Below are positions 31,277 through 41,335 of a stretch of DNA of 64,000 nucleotides, piece by piece. Origin of the DNA: Candidatus Marinacidobacterales bacterium (GTDB taxonomy: Bacteria; Acidobacteriota; Vicinamibacteria; Marinacidobacterales; DATDRI01); the NCBI GenBank assembly GCA_965226495.1, contig OZ245365.1:1952001-2016000 (forward strand), in the 5' to 3' direction. How positions within the stretch are numbered: the stretch's first letter is position 1; every line of letters starts with the position of its first letter. A program made the translations under genes and the position numbers. The notes under the pieces are model-generated. The model saw only the letters and a program-made list of their open reading frames with translations. It searched no databases and was not told where the DNA came from.

Positions 31277-31561
31277 ATGGCGAAAGCGATGTGGAACGGC
31301 AAGGTCGTTGCCGAGTCGGACAAGACGGAAGTGGTCGAGGGGAATCAATACTTTCCTCCTGACTCTGTCAAAAAGGAATACCTGCAACCCAGCGATAAGG
31401 AAACCGTCTGTCCGTGGAAGGGGACGGCGAGTTATTACAATGTCGTGGTCGATGGGAACGTGAACGAGAATGCCGCTTGGTGTTACGCCAAGCCTAGGGA
31501 TGCCGCGAAGCGGTTCAAGGACTATGTGGCTTTTTGGAACGGCATCGAAGTAGAAACCTAG
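31277..31561 (+). CDS. DUF427 family protein
   Basis: AMWNGKVVAES, EGNQYFPP, CPWKGTASYY, NAAWCY, VAFW; RBS GAGGAGG. Confidence 0.9.
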   Translation: MAKAMWNGKVVAESDKTEVVEGNQYFPPDSVKKEYLQPSDKETVCPWKGTASYYNVVVDGNVNENAAWCYAKPRDAAKRFKDYVAFWNGIEVET

Positions 31562-33042
31562 GAAGCCCCCCCGGACATCAATTTCTCTATACCATCGGCC
31601 GATCGGGGCAACTCTTTGGTAAACACCTCGTGACCGTCATTGGTGATCAGGACGACTTCTTCCACCGTAATGCGCCAACCCTTGTCGGGGATATAGAGAT
31701 GCAATTCGTAGGACATGACCTGTCCTGGACGAAGAGGAGAAGTGTAGTCCTCGTGAATATGCATGTTCATCCCCAAGTAGTGCCCCGAACGGCGTTTTCC
31801 GACCCGCTCGGCGAACCGTTCGGCGGGTCCGCGCAGCCAATCGGGTAGGCCGTCCAATCGCTCTTTCATGGTCTGGGCAGCCATCTCGCCAGCGCGCATG
31901 AACGGTACGCCGGGGCCCAGCGCCTCGAGTCCAGCCTCGTATGCGGCGAGGTAGGTTTCGTAGGCCAAGCGCTGTTCGGGGTTGAACCGACCGGAGACCG
32001 GCACCGTCCTCGCCAGATCGGAGACGTAATAGTTGACCTCGGCGCTGTGGTCGACCATCACCAGCTCCCCCGCCTCCATCGTTCGGTTCTCCAGATCGTA
32101 GGAACCGAAAATATCGATGAAGCCGCGCATGGAATTCGGACCCGACTGGATGTCGGCGCTATACGCCGTGAACTGAGCCCCCGCGCGTTTGAATGCGAGT
32201 TCGATCTCGGCCGCCACTTCGCGCTCATCGACGCCCGGAGCGACGGTCGCGATGCCCGCCATAATCCCTCGTGTAGATATTTGCGCGGCCCGTCGCAGCG
32301 CGGCGATCTCCTCGTCGTCCTTCACCCGTCGCATGTCCTCCGTGATCGGCAAGATGGAGCGGACGTCGGCCTTGGGAAATCGCTTCTCGAAAGCCTCCAC
32401 GATCGCGTCCTCGCGATACGAGCCGTGCTCACCGCCCGGAAGGAATGAAGGGAAAGGAGCTTGGACTCCAAACGACGCCTGCCTGGAAACGGAATCGTGA
32501 CTTCTCGCGACCATATAGACCGGGTCTGCCCCAATCGCGTTGTCGAGATCCGTCTCGAATCGCTCCATGGGAATCGGCTCACCCAGACCGAGCCGCGTGA
32601 GTTCCGCCGCGACTTTGTCCGTGACTCGCGGGACGTAGACGCGTGTCATCGCGCTCTTCGGCGTCAAGACGATCGCCACACCCGGCATGCTCAGGCCGGT
32701 GAGATAGAAAAGGTTTTCCTCTTGCCGGAAACCCTGCACGCGGAAATAGGAATTGTGTCGGTGTTCGTCCCACGCATCGATGACGCCCTTTTCGCCGAAG
32801 AGAACAACGACCCCCCCGGGAATGCTCTCCGCCAGTCGCGTGCGGCGCGCCGCAAAAGTCGAGGGAGAGAAGACATCGGCATGTGTAAGGAATTTGCCGG
32901 AGGAGACTTGGTTGGTCCCTTGCTCGTCAGCGCCGACGGTGGCCGTCAGCTCTGACCCTTGCTGGCAGCCCCCGCTGAGAAAGACGGAAAGGGTGAAAAA
33001 GACGAAGGAGGAGAAAAGGAACATCAGTTTGTAGAGGTTCAT
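31558..33042 (-). CDS. M24 Xaa-Pro aminopeptidase-like protein with N-terminal signal
   Basis: FAARR, FRQEENLFYLTG, RRVKDDEEI, VDH...YVSDLART, GHYLG, VEEVVLIT. Confidence 0.82.
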   Translation of the reverse strand: MNLYKLMFLFSSFVFFTLSVFLSGGCQQGSELTATVGADEQGTNQVSSGKFLTHADVFSPSTFAARRTRLAESIPGGVVVLFGEKGVIDAWDEHRHNSYFRVQGFRQEENLFYLTGLSMPGVAIVLTPKSAMTRVYVPRVTDKVAAELTRLGLGEPIPMERFETDLDNAIGADPVYMVARSHDSVSRQASFGVQAPFPSFLPGGEHGSYREDAIVEAFEKRFPKADVRSILPITEDMRRVKDDEEIAALRRAAQISTRGIMAGIATVAPGVDEREVAAEIELAFKRAGAQFTAYSADIQSGPNSMRGFIDIFGSYDLENRTMEAGELVMVDHSAEVNYYVSDLARTVPVSGRFNPEQRLAYETYLAAYEAGLEALGPGVPFMRAGEMAAQTMKERLDGLPDWLRGPAERFAERVGKRRSGHYLGMNMHIHEDYTSPLRPGQVMSYELHLYIPDKGWRITVEEVVLITNDGHEVFTKELPRSADGIEKLMSGGAS

Positions 33043-33167
33043 CAGAATCTCCTTTGGCTCCGAAGCCACGCCGAAGGAGCCTACCCCTGCCAATCGTGGG
33101 TGTCAAAATCTTCAGTCTGAGAACTGGGTGCGGGCATGGAGAACCTTTCCAGGATCGGCGAGTGCCA

Positions 33168-35543
33168 TTACAACTTGTCTTTCGGCTGATTTAGTTGGAA
33201 CGGAACGAGTAGCCCTGCAAGCAGGTAGAGCGCCGCCGCCGAAATCATTACAACCCGGAAGCCGTAGCTCATGGCGAGGAGCGTCGCGAGAGGTGGCGCC
33301 AATACGCTGGCGCAACCATTGACCGCCCACGCCCAGGGCGCCAGTCGTGCGGCTTTCGTTTTCACTTGCTCCAGGCCGCTGGGGAAGGGCATACCCATGA
33401 GGAATGCGATGGGTGCAAGCAGAATTGCCGTGATCAGGACTCGCGCCGTGTCGCTGAGCTTGAGGAGAAGCGAGAACACGGGGTTCAGAGCCAGAGCATA
33501 GATGGATGCCAGAATCGCGATCCCGACGGCTACAGTGGGAAGCGGCAACCGATGACTCACCAGGCTACCCAGGCCCGAGAAAATGAGCATTGAGGCGATC
33601 ACGATTGTCGCCGAGAGGACCGGATAAGACAAGAAGAGGGTGAATTTTTGAATGAGCGCGATCTCGAGGAAGAGATAGCCTAGCCCGAGGCATCCGAAGT
33701 AGAGGGCCACCTTCGAACGGCCGTATTCCGGTCTGCGCAGGTCCGGAACCAGGATGAATGGGGCGAGCACCAACCCGATCGAGGCAACGATCGCTTGCGC
33801 GAGCACCGCGAGTAACATGACGTAGCCCCATTCGACGAAAGGAATCCACTGCAATCCCAATTCGGAGACGAGTGAGGGCAAGGTGTCCCACCGGAAGAAG
33901 TTGAAGAAATAGGGTCGGTCGTCGACCGCGGGCTCTAACTGAAACGGGTAATCGCGGAGAAACTCGCTTCGCCGAGGAGAGAGCATTTCTCTGGCGCTAT
34001 GAGCGTAGTACGGTTCCGGCAAGACGTGATGGCGGTTCGTCTCTTCCGGTGTGAGTCCGGGGTGCCAGAAACGGTCGAAGGACCGAGCCTCGCTGAACTT
34101 GCGCACCGCTTGAACGTTGGCGGCGCTCACGGGTGCAGCCGACACTAATAAGGTTGCGGTCGCCCAGCTCCGAATCCCCACCAGGTGATCGCCAGGTGCG
34201 CTCACCCCACGTTTTTCTAACGCGGCCGCAGCGGTATGGAATATACGAGGGACGTCACGAGGGGGTGTCTTGATCCAACGGGTGAGCGCGAGCACCCCTG
34301 TCGGAGTGAGTCGGCCTATCGCTGCATCCAGAGACTCGACGGTGTAGAGGTAACTCTCGCTCGTCGCCTGGACCCCGGCGGCGGAGGATGCGAACGAGTC
34401 CAGCAGGGAGATACTGATGACGTCGAAATTCTCGGAGCCCATCTCGAGGAATCGTCTGGCTTCTGTTAGTCGCACCTCGACTGCCGGATGATCGTAAAGG
34501 CCGCCGCTGTGGTCGCGGAGAGTATCTCCCACCAGCGTGGCCACGTTTTCGTCGAGCTCGACGGCAACGACCCGACGCGCACCGTGTTGTAGCGCCGACA
34601 AGACCTCGATCCCTCCTCCCGCTCCTAGGACGAGCACGGAAGGATCTGGTCGGGCCAGACGGTACGGCAGAGCAGAGGTCATGTAGTCAAGGAAACTGAG
34701 ATCGGAATCCCTGGGTTGGGTTATCGAGCCCAACTGGTCGCCATCGGAGAAGAGTCCGACCTGCGGGGGGATGTCGCCGATGAACGCGAGCGAGAGGCCG
34801 GGCGCGTAACGAACGGTCGGTCCGGCGACGGCGTCGACCACGGCGAGCGGGCTTATCGCGTGAGCCTTTCTCCGGGAGCCAGTGGCTTGAAGTGCTGTGG
34901 CCAGACCCTTGTAGGGGGAGAACTTCTGGGGGATGAGCGAGGCGGCCACCGGTGCAATCAGGGCGGCGACGAGGGCGAGTAGGGCAACGCGTTTACGGGC
35001 TGCGGCGAGTGCGGCCGCGAGCGCCGCAGCGATGGCAACTGGTCCAACTGCCTGGAGCGGTTCCAGCCAATATAGAAGCAGTGTGATCGATAAAGCACCA
35101 AGTCCAGCTCCCACCAGGTCAGAGAAATAGATGATGCGCACGCGTCGCCAGCCGATTAACGCCAAGGCGAGCGCCGCTCCTCCCAGACCGAAAGGGACAC
35201 CCAGAAAGAAGTAGAAGGCCAGCAACCACAACGCTTCCTTCGGCGTCCACACGATCATGAACGGTTCGAAAGAGACTTGGAGCGCTGCGGCCAGTCCACC
35301 GAGCTCCGCCACCGCTGTTCCGAGAGCCAAGGGTGCGAAGAGGCGATCGGCTGCACCGGGACGTGGTTGGACGATGGACAGGACGGTCCCACTCGCGCCG
35401 AGACCGAGCATGGCGACGCTGAGGATCAAGTAGGCAAAGTGATACCAGAGAGAGATGGAGAAGACGCGAAGGAGGGTCACTTCAAATGCAAGAAGCGACG
35501 CGGACAGCAGTGCTACCGACAGCAGCTGAAAACGGGCGCGCAA
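33168..35543 (-). CDS. Polytopic membrane protein with central spermidine-synthase-like SAM-binding domain
   Basis: SLWYHFAY, IYFSDLVGAG, VLVLGAGGG..AVELD, ESYLYTVE, DDRPYF, WAWAVNG. Confidence 0.82.
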   Translation of the reverse strand: MRARFQLLSVALLSASLLAFEVTLLRVFSISLWYHFAYLILSVAMLGLGASGTVLSIVQPRPGAADRLFAPLALGTAVAELGGLAAALQVSFEPFMIVWTPKEALWLLAFYFFLGVPFGLGGAALALALIGWRRVRIIYFSDLVGAGLGALSITLLLYWLEPLQAVGPVAIAAALAAALAAARKRVALLALVAALIAPVAASLIPQKFSPYKGLATALQATGSRRKAHAISPLAVVDAVAGPTVRYAPGLSLAFIGDIPPQVGLFSDGDQLGSITQPRDSDLSFLDYMTSALPYRLARPDPSVLVLGAGGGIEVLSALQHGARRVVAVELDENVATLVGDTLRDHSGGLYDHPAVEVRLTEARRFLEMGSENFDVISISLLDSFASSAAGVQATSESYLYTVESLDAAIGRLTPTGVLALTRWIKTPPRDVPRIFHTAAAALEKRGVSAPGDHLVGIRSWATATLLVSAAPVSAANVQAVRKFSEARSFDRFWHPGLTPEETNRHHVLPEPYYAHSAREMLSPRRSEFLRDYPFQLEPAVDDRPYFFNFFRWDTLPSLVSELGLQWIPFVEWGYVMLLAVLAQAIVASIGLVLAPFILVPDLRRPEYGRSKVALYFGCLGLGYLFLEIALIQKFTLFLSYPVLSATIVIASMLIFSGLGSLVSHRLPLPTVAVGIAILASIYALALNPVFSLLLKLSDTARVLITAILLAPIAFLMGMPFPSGLEQVKTKAARLAPWAWAVNGCASVLAPPLATLLAMSYGFRVVMISAAALYLLAGLLVPFQLNQPKDKL

Positions 35544-35548
35544 GGTCG

Positions 35549-36289
35549 CTACTGCTTCCCCTGCTCCCCTACTAGGGGGACGAAGCGAACCGGGAGAAGA
35601 CTTCGGGAAGTTACTTTTCCTTCTTTCGTTTTTTCCAGCAACATCAGGGTCTGAACTTGGAAACGATTTCCCACCGGTATCACCATCACGCCGCCTGGCT
35701 TGAGCTGGCGAATCAGCGGAGGGGGAATGTGCTCGGCCGCGGCGGTCACGACAATCGCGTCGAATGGCGCGTGCTCCTCCCAGCCGTAATACCCATCGGC
35801 GATCCGTGATTCGACGTTGGTATACCCCAGGTGTTTGAATCGCTCGCTCGCCTGTTCTCCGAGTTGCTGCAGGATCTCCACCGTATAGACCGTCTCGACG
35901 AGCTGCGCGAGCACCGCCGCCTGATATCCAGAACCGGTACCGACTTCTAGGACGACGTCGTCCGGATGGGTCGCAGCCAGTTGGGTCATGAGTGCGACGA
36001 TGTAGGGTTGCGAGATGGTTTGACCCGAGCCGATAGGCAGCGGATGGTCGTTGTAGGACTGATCCAGATATTGGTTAGGTACGAACAAGTGGCGCGGAAC
36101 TTCCCTCATCGCGCGCAGCACCTGCGGGTCGTCGATGCCCCGCGCCTCGATCTGCCGGGAGACCATGCGGTTCCGCTCCGGCTGGAAGCGAGCCGCTTCG
36201 GACTGCTGAACCGGCCCGGCCAGAGCGCCAGGAACGAGGAATAGAAGTATCGTCCCCACCACTTCGACAGGAGCGTGGAGGTTGCGCAT
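35549..36289 (-). CDS. pcm: Protein-L-isoaspartate O-methyltransferase with signal-peptide-like N-terminus
   Basis: VPRHLFV, GQTISQPYIVA, VLEVGTGSGYQAA, APFDAIVVTAA, VRFVPL. Confidence 0.93.
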   Translation of the reverse strand: MRNLHAPVEVVGTILLFLVPGALAGPVQQSEAARFQPERNRMVSRQIEARGIDDPQVLRAMREVPRHLFVPNQYLDQSYNDHPLPIGSGQTISQPYIVALMTQLAATHPDDVVLEVGTGSGYQAAVLAQLVETVYTVEILQQLGEQASERFKHLGYTNVESRIADGYYGWEEHAPFDAIVVTAAAEHIPPPLIRQLKPGGVMVIPVGNRFQVQTLMLLEKTKEGKVTSRSLLPVRFVPLVGEQGKQ

Positions 36290-36359
36290 GATCGGCCGGT
36301 TGCTATAATAGCGCGCCTCTCCTGCTTTTCGGCAAAGCCTTCCCCATGAGGAGGTCCAA

Positions 36360-37406
36360 TTGAGCGAGGTCAACTGGGATCACAACCGTCAGGCGCAAGA
36401 CAACATCCTGGATTCCATCGGAAGGACTCCCGCCGTTCGGTTGCAGCGGGTGTCCGCAGACATCGCTGACATCTACGTCAAGCTCGAGTACTTCAGTCCA
36501 TCCGGGAGTCTGAAGGATCGAATCTATAAGGCGATGATCACCGAAGCGGAGAAACGAGGCGAACTACGCCCGGGGATGACGATCTTGGAATGCTCCACCG
36601 GCAACGCGGGAATCGCTTGCGCGTTCATCTCGTCGGTGAAGGGGTACCGTTGCGTCATCGTGATGCCGGAAGGCATGAGTGAAGAACGGAAAAAAATGGA
36701 TCGCGCCTACGGTGCGGAGCTCGTATTCACGCCCGGGGGCGAGAGTGACGTGGATTTGGCACTCGCCAAGCTGGAGGAGATTCGCCAGCAGGATCCCGCC
36801 CAGTATTGGGTGCCGGCGCAGTTCGATAACCCGGACAATGTGGAGGCGCACTATCACTCGACCGGACCCGAGTTCTGGGAGCAGTTGGACGGGCGGGTGG
36901 ACGCCTATGTGGCTACACAGGGTACCGGCGGGGCACTGACCGGTATCGGCCGATATTTCAGAGAACGGAATCCGGGAGTAGAGCTCTTCGCCGTCGAGCC
37001 GGCGGAATGCCCGTTGCTTTCTCGGCGGGAATGGGGCTCTCACCGCATCGAAGGAATCGGGGATGGTTTTGTTCCTCGTGTCCTCGACCTCTCTCAGTTG
37101 ACGGGTATCGTGACGACGACGAGCGATGAAGCTTTGGTGATGGCCCGACGCCTCGCGAAGGAGGAAGGTATTTTTTGTGGGATCTCTTCGGGTTCCAACG
37201 TTGCGGCCGCTTTGAAGCTCGCGCAAGCCCGCCCGGCTCTCAAACGTATTGCGACCATGATCAACGACAGCGGCCAACGTTACTTCACGACCGAGCTCTG
37301 CGGCGAGGTCAAGCATGTCGATATCCCCGAGCGAGACCATCCGATGGATCCGCATACGGTCAGTGAGCTCGACCGTTACCAGAAAAACTGGGTTGTCATT
37401 GACTAG
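36360..37406 (+). CDS. Cysteine synthase family PLP enzyme
   Basis: IGRTP, KLEYFSPSGSLKDR, STGNAG, QFDNPDN, GTGG, HRIEGIG, GISSG, DSGQRY. Confidence 0.88.
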   Translation: MSEVNWDHNRQAQDNILDSIGRTPAVRLQRVSADIADIYVKLEYFSPSGSLKDRIYKAMITEAEKRGELRPGMTILECSTGNAGIACAFISSVKGYRCVIVMPEGMSEERKKMDRAYGAELVFTPGGESDVDLALAKLEEIRQQDPAQYWVPAQFDNPDNVEAHYHSTGPEFWEQLDGRVDAYVATQGTGGALTGIGRYFRERNPGVELFAVEPAECPLLSRREWGSHRIEGIGDGFVPRVLDLSQLTGIVTTTSDEALVMARRLAKEEGIFCGISSGSNVAAALKLAQARPALKRIATMINDSGQRYFTTELCGEVKHVDIPERDHPMDPHTVSELDRYQKNWVVID

Positions 37407-37458
37407 TGCCGAACACTTCATCCGCTGAGCGCACTCCCCGGACAAGGTTCGAGGCAGT

Positions 37459-38742
37459 ATGGTCGAACTAGGACGTCGCTGTTCCCCTTGCGAGAAGGAG
37501 TTTCCTGCCGATGCGTCGGAGTGGACGTGCTCCGGGTGCGGGGGGAACCTCGATGTGCTCTATGACTATGCCACGATACGGAACACGTGGAGTCGTGAGG
37601 AACTAGGCGGCGATCCCGAGAGGAGCATGTGGCGCTATCGTGCCATCCTCCCGGTCGAAGAGGGTTCCTTCGTGCCGCCGCTCCCGACCGGCTGGACGCC
37701 CCTGACTCCGGCGGCGCGTTTGGGGTCGGATCTTGGTTTCGGCTCGCTTTACCTCAAGGAAGACAACCGTAATCCCACCGGCTCGCTCAAAGATCGCGCC
37801 AGCGCTATGGCGGTGGCGCGCGCGGTCTCGGAGGGACATCGCATTCTGGCTTGCGCCTCTACCGGGAATGCCGCATCGGCATTGGCTGGGATGTGCGCGA
37901 GCGCTGGGTTGACCAGCGTGATCTTCGTTCCCGAATCCACGCCCTCTGGAAAGTTGGCTCAGATAATTGCGTTCGGCGCCTACTTGATCCGAGTGGAAGG
38001 CATCTACGATGTGGCGTTCGATCTGGCAGCCGATGCCTGCACGCGTTTCGGTTGGTACAACCGCAACACCGGAACCAACCCCTATTTGAGTGAGGGGAAG
38101 AAGACCGTGTCCTTCGAGATCGCCGAGCAACTCGACTGGAAACCGCCGGACTGGGTGTTCGTACCGGTCGGTGATGGAAATATTATCGCCAGCGTCGGCA
38201 AGGGCTTCGAAGAGTTGCTACACATCGGTTTCATCGAGAAGCTGCCTCGACTCGTCGCTGTCCAGTCAGAAGGCTCGAGCGCGATTGCCGACGCGCTCTT
38301 GGGGGATGGCGTCATCCGCCCGGTGCAGGTCCGCACCATCGCCGACGGCATCGCGGTCGGACTACCACGGGATCCCCAGCGCGCGATGCGCGCTATCCGT
38401 CACTCCAACGGAGTCGCTCTAAAGGTCACCGACGGTGAGATTCTGGAAGCGCAGTCGATCTTGGCGAGAGAGACGGGGGTCTTCGTCGAGCCGGCGGCAG
38501 CCGCTTCTTTTGCTGGCCTAGTCCGCATGGCGGGGCAGGGGCAAGTGGATCGTGACGACACGGTTGTTCTGCTGCTAACGGGGACGGGCCTCAAGGATAC
38601 CGCCTCGATTCTCGACCGGGTCCCTCTCGCCGAGCCGATTCCCGCTCGGCTCGACGAGGTGGAACGAAGGCTGGCCGAGGACCCGTTGGACACCCACGGC
38701 AACCTATCCCCAAGCCCATCAAGGTCCGGCGACGGATCGTGA
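37459..38742 (+). CDS. Threonine synthase-like fold-type II PLP enzyme with N-terminal CxxC/CxxC knuckle
   Basis: CSPC..CSGC, NPTGSLKDR, ASTGNAA, EGKKT, VPVGDG, EPAAA, TGTGLKD. Confidence 0.88.
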   Translation: MVELGRRCSPCEKEFPADASEWTCSGCGGNLDVLYDYATIRNTWSREELGGDPERSMWRYRAILPVEEGSFVPPLPTGWTPLTPAARLGSDLGFGSLYLKEDNRNPTGSLKDRASAMAVARAVSEGHRILACASTGNAASALAGMCASAGLTSVIFVPESTPSGKLAQIIAFGAYLIRVEGIYDVAFDLAADACTRFGWYNRNTGTNPYLSEGKKTVSFEIAEQLDWKPPDWVFVPVGDGNIIASVGKGFEELLHIGFIEKLPRLVAVQSEGSSAIADALLGDGVIRPVQVRTIADGIAVGLPRDPQRAMRAIRHSNGVALKVTDGEILEAQSILARETGVFVEPAAAASFAGLVRMAGQGQVDRDDTVVLLLTGTGLKDTASILDRVPLAEPIPARLDEVERRLAEDPLDTHGNLSPSPSRSGDGS

Positions 38743-39521
38743 CAACCATCGAGTCTCGATTCGGTTTGGCAGACGCGTTCGAGGTGCGTTCCGGGGACGT
38801 GGTGAGCCTGGTCGGAGCGGGAGGCAAGACTACAACTCTTTACGGCTTGGTGACGGAGCTGCGCCGGATGGGACTCTCCGTCATAGCCACCACCACGACC
38901 CATACGCAGACACCGGACTCGCCCACCACGGCTCCTCCTATGGTGTTTGCCAGCGAAGAGGACAACTGGTTGCAAAGCGTGAGAACCAGGCTGGACCGCT
39001 ACGGCGCGGTGACGGTAGTCGGGTCGCGGAACCGGCAGGACAAACTCAAGGGGCTAGAACCGGAGGACATCGATCCCCTTCGCGGCATGGCCGACTGTGT
39101 CGTTGTCGAGGCCGATGGTGCGCGCGGCCGTTCCCTCAAGGCTCCTGCTCCACACGAGCCCGCGGTGCCGGAGTGCACGACCTCTACAATTATCATCGCG
39201 GGGATCGATGTTCTCGGACGGCGGCTCGATGAAGATAGCGTTCATCGCCTCGAGATCGTGCAGGAACTGTCCGGCGCGTCGAAGGGAAGCCGTATCGTGG
39301 AGGAAGTCATCGCCCTGGCGCTGGTGCGCGGCTACTTTCCGGCCGTTCCAAAAACGTCGAAAAAGATCGTTTTCTTGAACAAGGTGGACGACGCACGCCT
39401 GAAACAGGCCGAGAGGGTAGGAGAGTTACTCCTTTCGGCAGGGGCACCGGGGGTGATCTTCGGAGAGGCGCTCCAGCCGAACGGTTGCTTCTACAACATG
39501 AAGCCCCAGCCGGCCCGATAG
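38739..39521 (+). CDS. yqeC: Selenium-dependent hydroxylase accessory protein YqeC
   Basis: VSLVGAGGKTT, TTTTH, VVEADGARGRSLKAPAPHEP, VHR, FLNKVD. Confidence 0.88.
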   Translation: MTTIESRFGLADAFEVRSGDVVSLVGAGGKTTTLYGLVTELRRMGLSVIATTTTHTQTPDSPTTAPPMVFASEEDNWLQSVRTRLDRYGAVTVVGSRNRQDKLKGLEPEDIDPLRGMADCVVVEADGARGRSLKAPAPHEPAVPECTTSTIIIAGIDVLGRRLDEDSVHRLEIVQELSGASKGSRIVEEVIALALVRGYFPAVPKTSKKIVFLNKVDDARLKQAERVGELLLSAGAPGVIFGEALQPNGCFYNMKPQPAR

Positions 39522-39643
39522 GGCCGCGGCCGGGAGGAATTGCCTATGAGGTACGGCGCAAGGGAATCCGGCCGGGTTTTTTTGGGCCCGAGCGAAGAGC
39601 GAGGGCCGCGAGCGAGGCGCCGAGCCGAGCGAGCATTGAGTTA

Positions 39644-40234
39644 ATGATTGCTGCCATCCTCCTCGCCGCGGGTGCTTCGTCCCGAATGGGCCGCGCCAAG
39701 CTCGAGCTGGATCTGGGCGGGCGCACGGTGTTCGAGCGCTCCCTGTCGGCCCTGTTGGACTCGCCGGTGGACCGAATTCTGGTCGTTCAGGCGGCCGCTG
39801 GTGGGCTCGGCGTCCCCGCCACGGATCGCGTACAGGCGGTCACGAACCCACATGCGGAGGACGGGCTGGCTAGTTCGATCCGAGCCGGCATGGCTGCGGT
39901 CCCGGGTGATACTCGCGCGGTTCTCCTTGCCCTCGCCGACAAGCCCCTCCTTCAGTCGGAGACGGTCACGATGCTGATCGACCGATTCCATCAAGAGGGA
40001 CTGCCGATCGTCTACCCCACCTACCAGCGGACACAGGGGCATCCGGTACTCGTAGCTAGCGAATTGTTCTCGGAGCTAGTGCGGGTGGAAGGCGATTCGG
40101 GAGCTAAGCCTTTGCTTCGCAAGTTCGCCGAACGAACCGTCGAGGTCGAAACGAATGACGAGGGGATCTTGTTGGACATCGACACTCCTGAAGATTATGC
40201 TAAATGTGTGAAGAGGTTACAACCGCCTGGCTAA
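39644..40234 (+). CDS. mocA: Molybdenum cofactor cytidylyltransferase-like (MocA/YgfJ)
   Basis: ILLAAGASSRMG..K, NP, GLASSIRAG, LADKP, GHPVL, GDSGAK, DIDTPEDY. Confidence 0.82.
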   Translation: MIAAILLAAGASSRMGRAKLELDLGGRTVFERSLSALLDSPVDRILVVQAAAGGLGVPATDRVQAVTNPHAEDGLASSIRAGMAAVPGDTRAVLLALADKPLLQSETVTMLIDRFHQEGLPIVYPTYQRTQGHPVLVASELFSELVRVEGDSGAKPLLRKFAERTVEVETNDEGILLDIDTPEDYAKCVKRLQPPG

Positions 40235-40374
40235 GTCGGTGTTCCAAACAGTCGAGTCTGTCACAGGCCTCTTAGAGCATGCTAGGCGTCCAGTGGGTGT
40301 TGGTGCCGCTATCGACCGCGGCAGGACGCCGATGTTGCGCCGCGCGCGTAAGGCACACACAGGAAGAGTCACCG

Positions 40375-41211
40375 TTGGCAGATCGCGTTGAAAAATCGGT
40401 TTACCAGGAAGTGGAGGACTCCCTCCATCGCGGAGAATCAGTGGCCTTAGTGACCATCTTGAAGACCCAGGGGTCCACGCCGCGAAAGGCAGGCGCCAAG
40501 ATGGTGGTAGGGCGCGACGGACGTCTGCGGGGAACGGTGGGTGGTGGCTGCGTCGAAGCGGAGATCCTCTGGCGCGCCCGCCAAGCCATCGACAACCGCA
40601 AATGCGAGATGCATTCGTTCGACTACAACGCCGATGAAGAAGAAAACGGACTGATTTGTGGAGGGAGCGTGACGGTCTTCATCGAGCCGGTAATTCCCGC
40701 GCCGCGGGTGTTTATGATCGGCGCCGGGCATATCGCCATGCCCCTTAGCCAAATCGCAAAGCTAGCTGGATTCGAAGTCATCGTCCTGGACGATCGGGTC
40801 AAGTACGCAAATCAAGAGCGATTCCCAGACGCCGACGTGGTGGAGGCGGGGCCGATTCCGGAGCTCGCCGACAAGTTCACCTACGGAGACAACGCGTATG
40901 TCGTGATCGTCACCCGCGGGCATACTTCCGACGAGGAGGCCTTGAGAACATTCATCCAGTACGACACTGCCTACCTTGGTTTGATAGGTAGCGTTACTAA
41001 GATCGACAAAATATTCAGTCGCCTGGAGCGCGATGGCGTCCCTCGCGAGAAGTTGGAACGCGTTCACTCTCCGATGGGCCTCGATTTGGGTGGAAGTAAC
41101 CCTGGCGAAATAGCGGTGTCCATCGTCGCCGAGATGGTGGCAGTCCGGTATCAGCGTTCGGGCAAGCCGATGAAGTATACCGAGCGCCAGGAGTACTATG
41201 GCAAAGTCTGA
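40375..41211 (+). CDS. XdhC/CoxI family Mo-hydroxylase maturation factor
   Basis: GSTPRKAGAKM, GTVGGGCVE, GLICGG, GAGHIA, DDR, VTRGH, YLGLIGS, PMGLDLG, EIAVSI. Confidence 0.9.
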   Translation: MADRVEKSVYQEVEDSLHRGESVALVTILKTQGSTPRKAGAKMVVGRDGRLRGTVGGGCVEAEILWRARQAIDNRKCEMHSFDYNADEEENGLICGGSVTVFIEPVIPAPRVFMIGAGHIAMPLSQIAKLAGFEVIVLDDRVKYANQERFPDADVVEAGPIPELADKFTYGDNAYVVIVTRGHTSDEEALRTFIQYDTAYLGLIGSVTKIDKIFSRLERDGVPREKLERVHSPMGLDLGGSNPGEIAVSIVAEMVAVRYQRSGKPMKYTERQEYYGKV

Positions 41212-41335
41212 GTCAATCATCGCCAAGGCCAAGCGTCCGGAAACATCCATACCCCTAATCACTTAATCCTCTATCTGCATTCTTTCACCGCCGCCCGAAG
41301 CAGGGGAGGCGTGATTCAGAACCCGTTTTGATCTC

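Noticed and set aside
40250-40285. CTGTCACAGGCCTCTTA resembling an IS end
   Set aside because: No partner repeat or transposase seen; too short to support.
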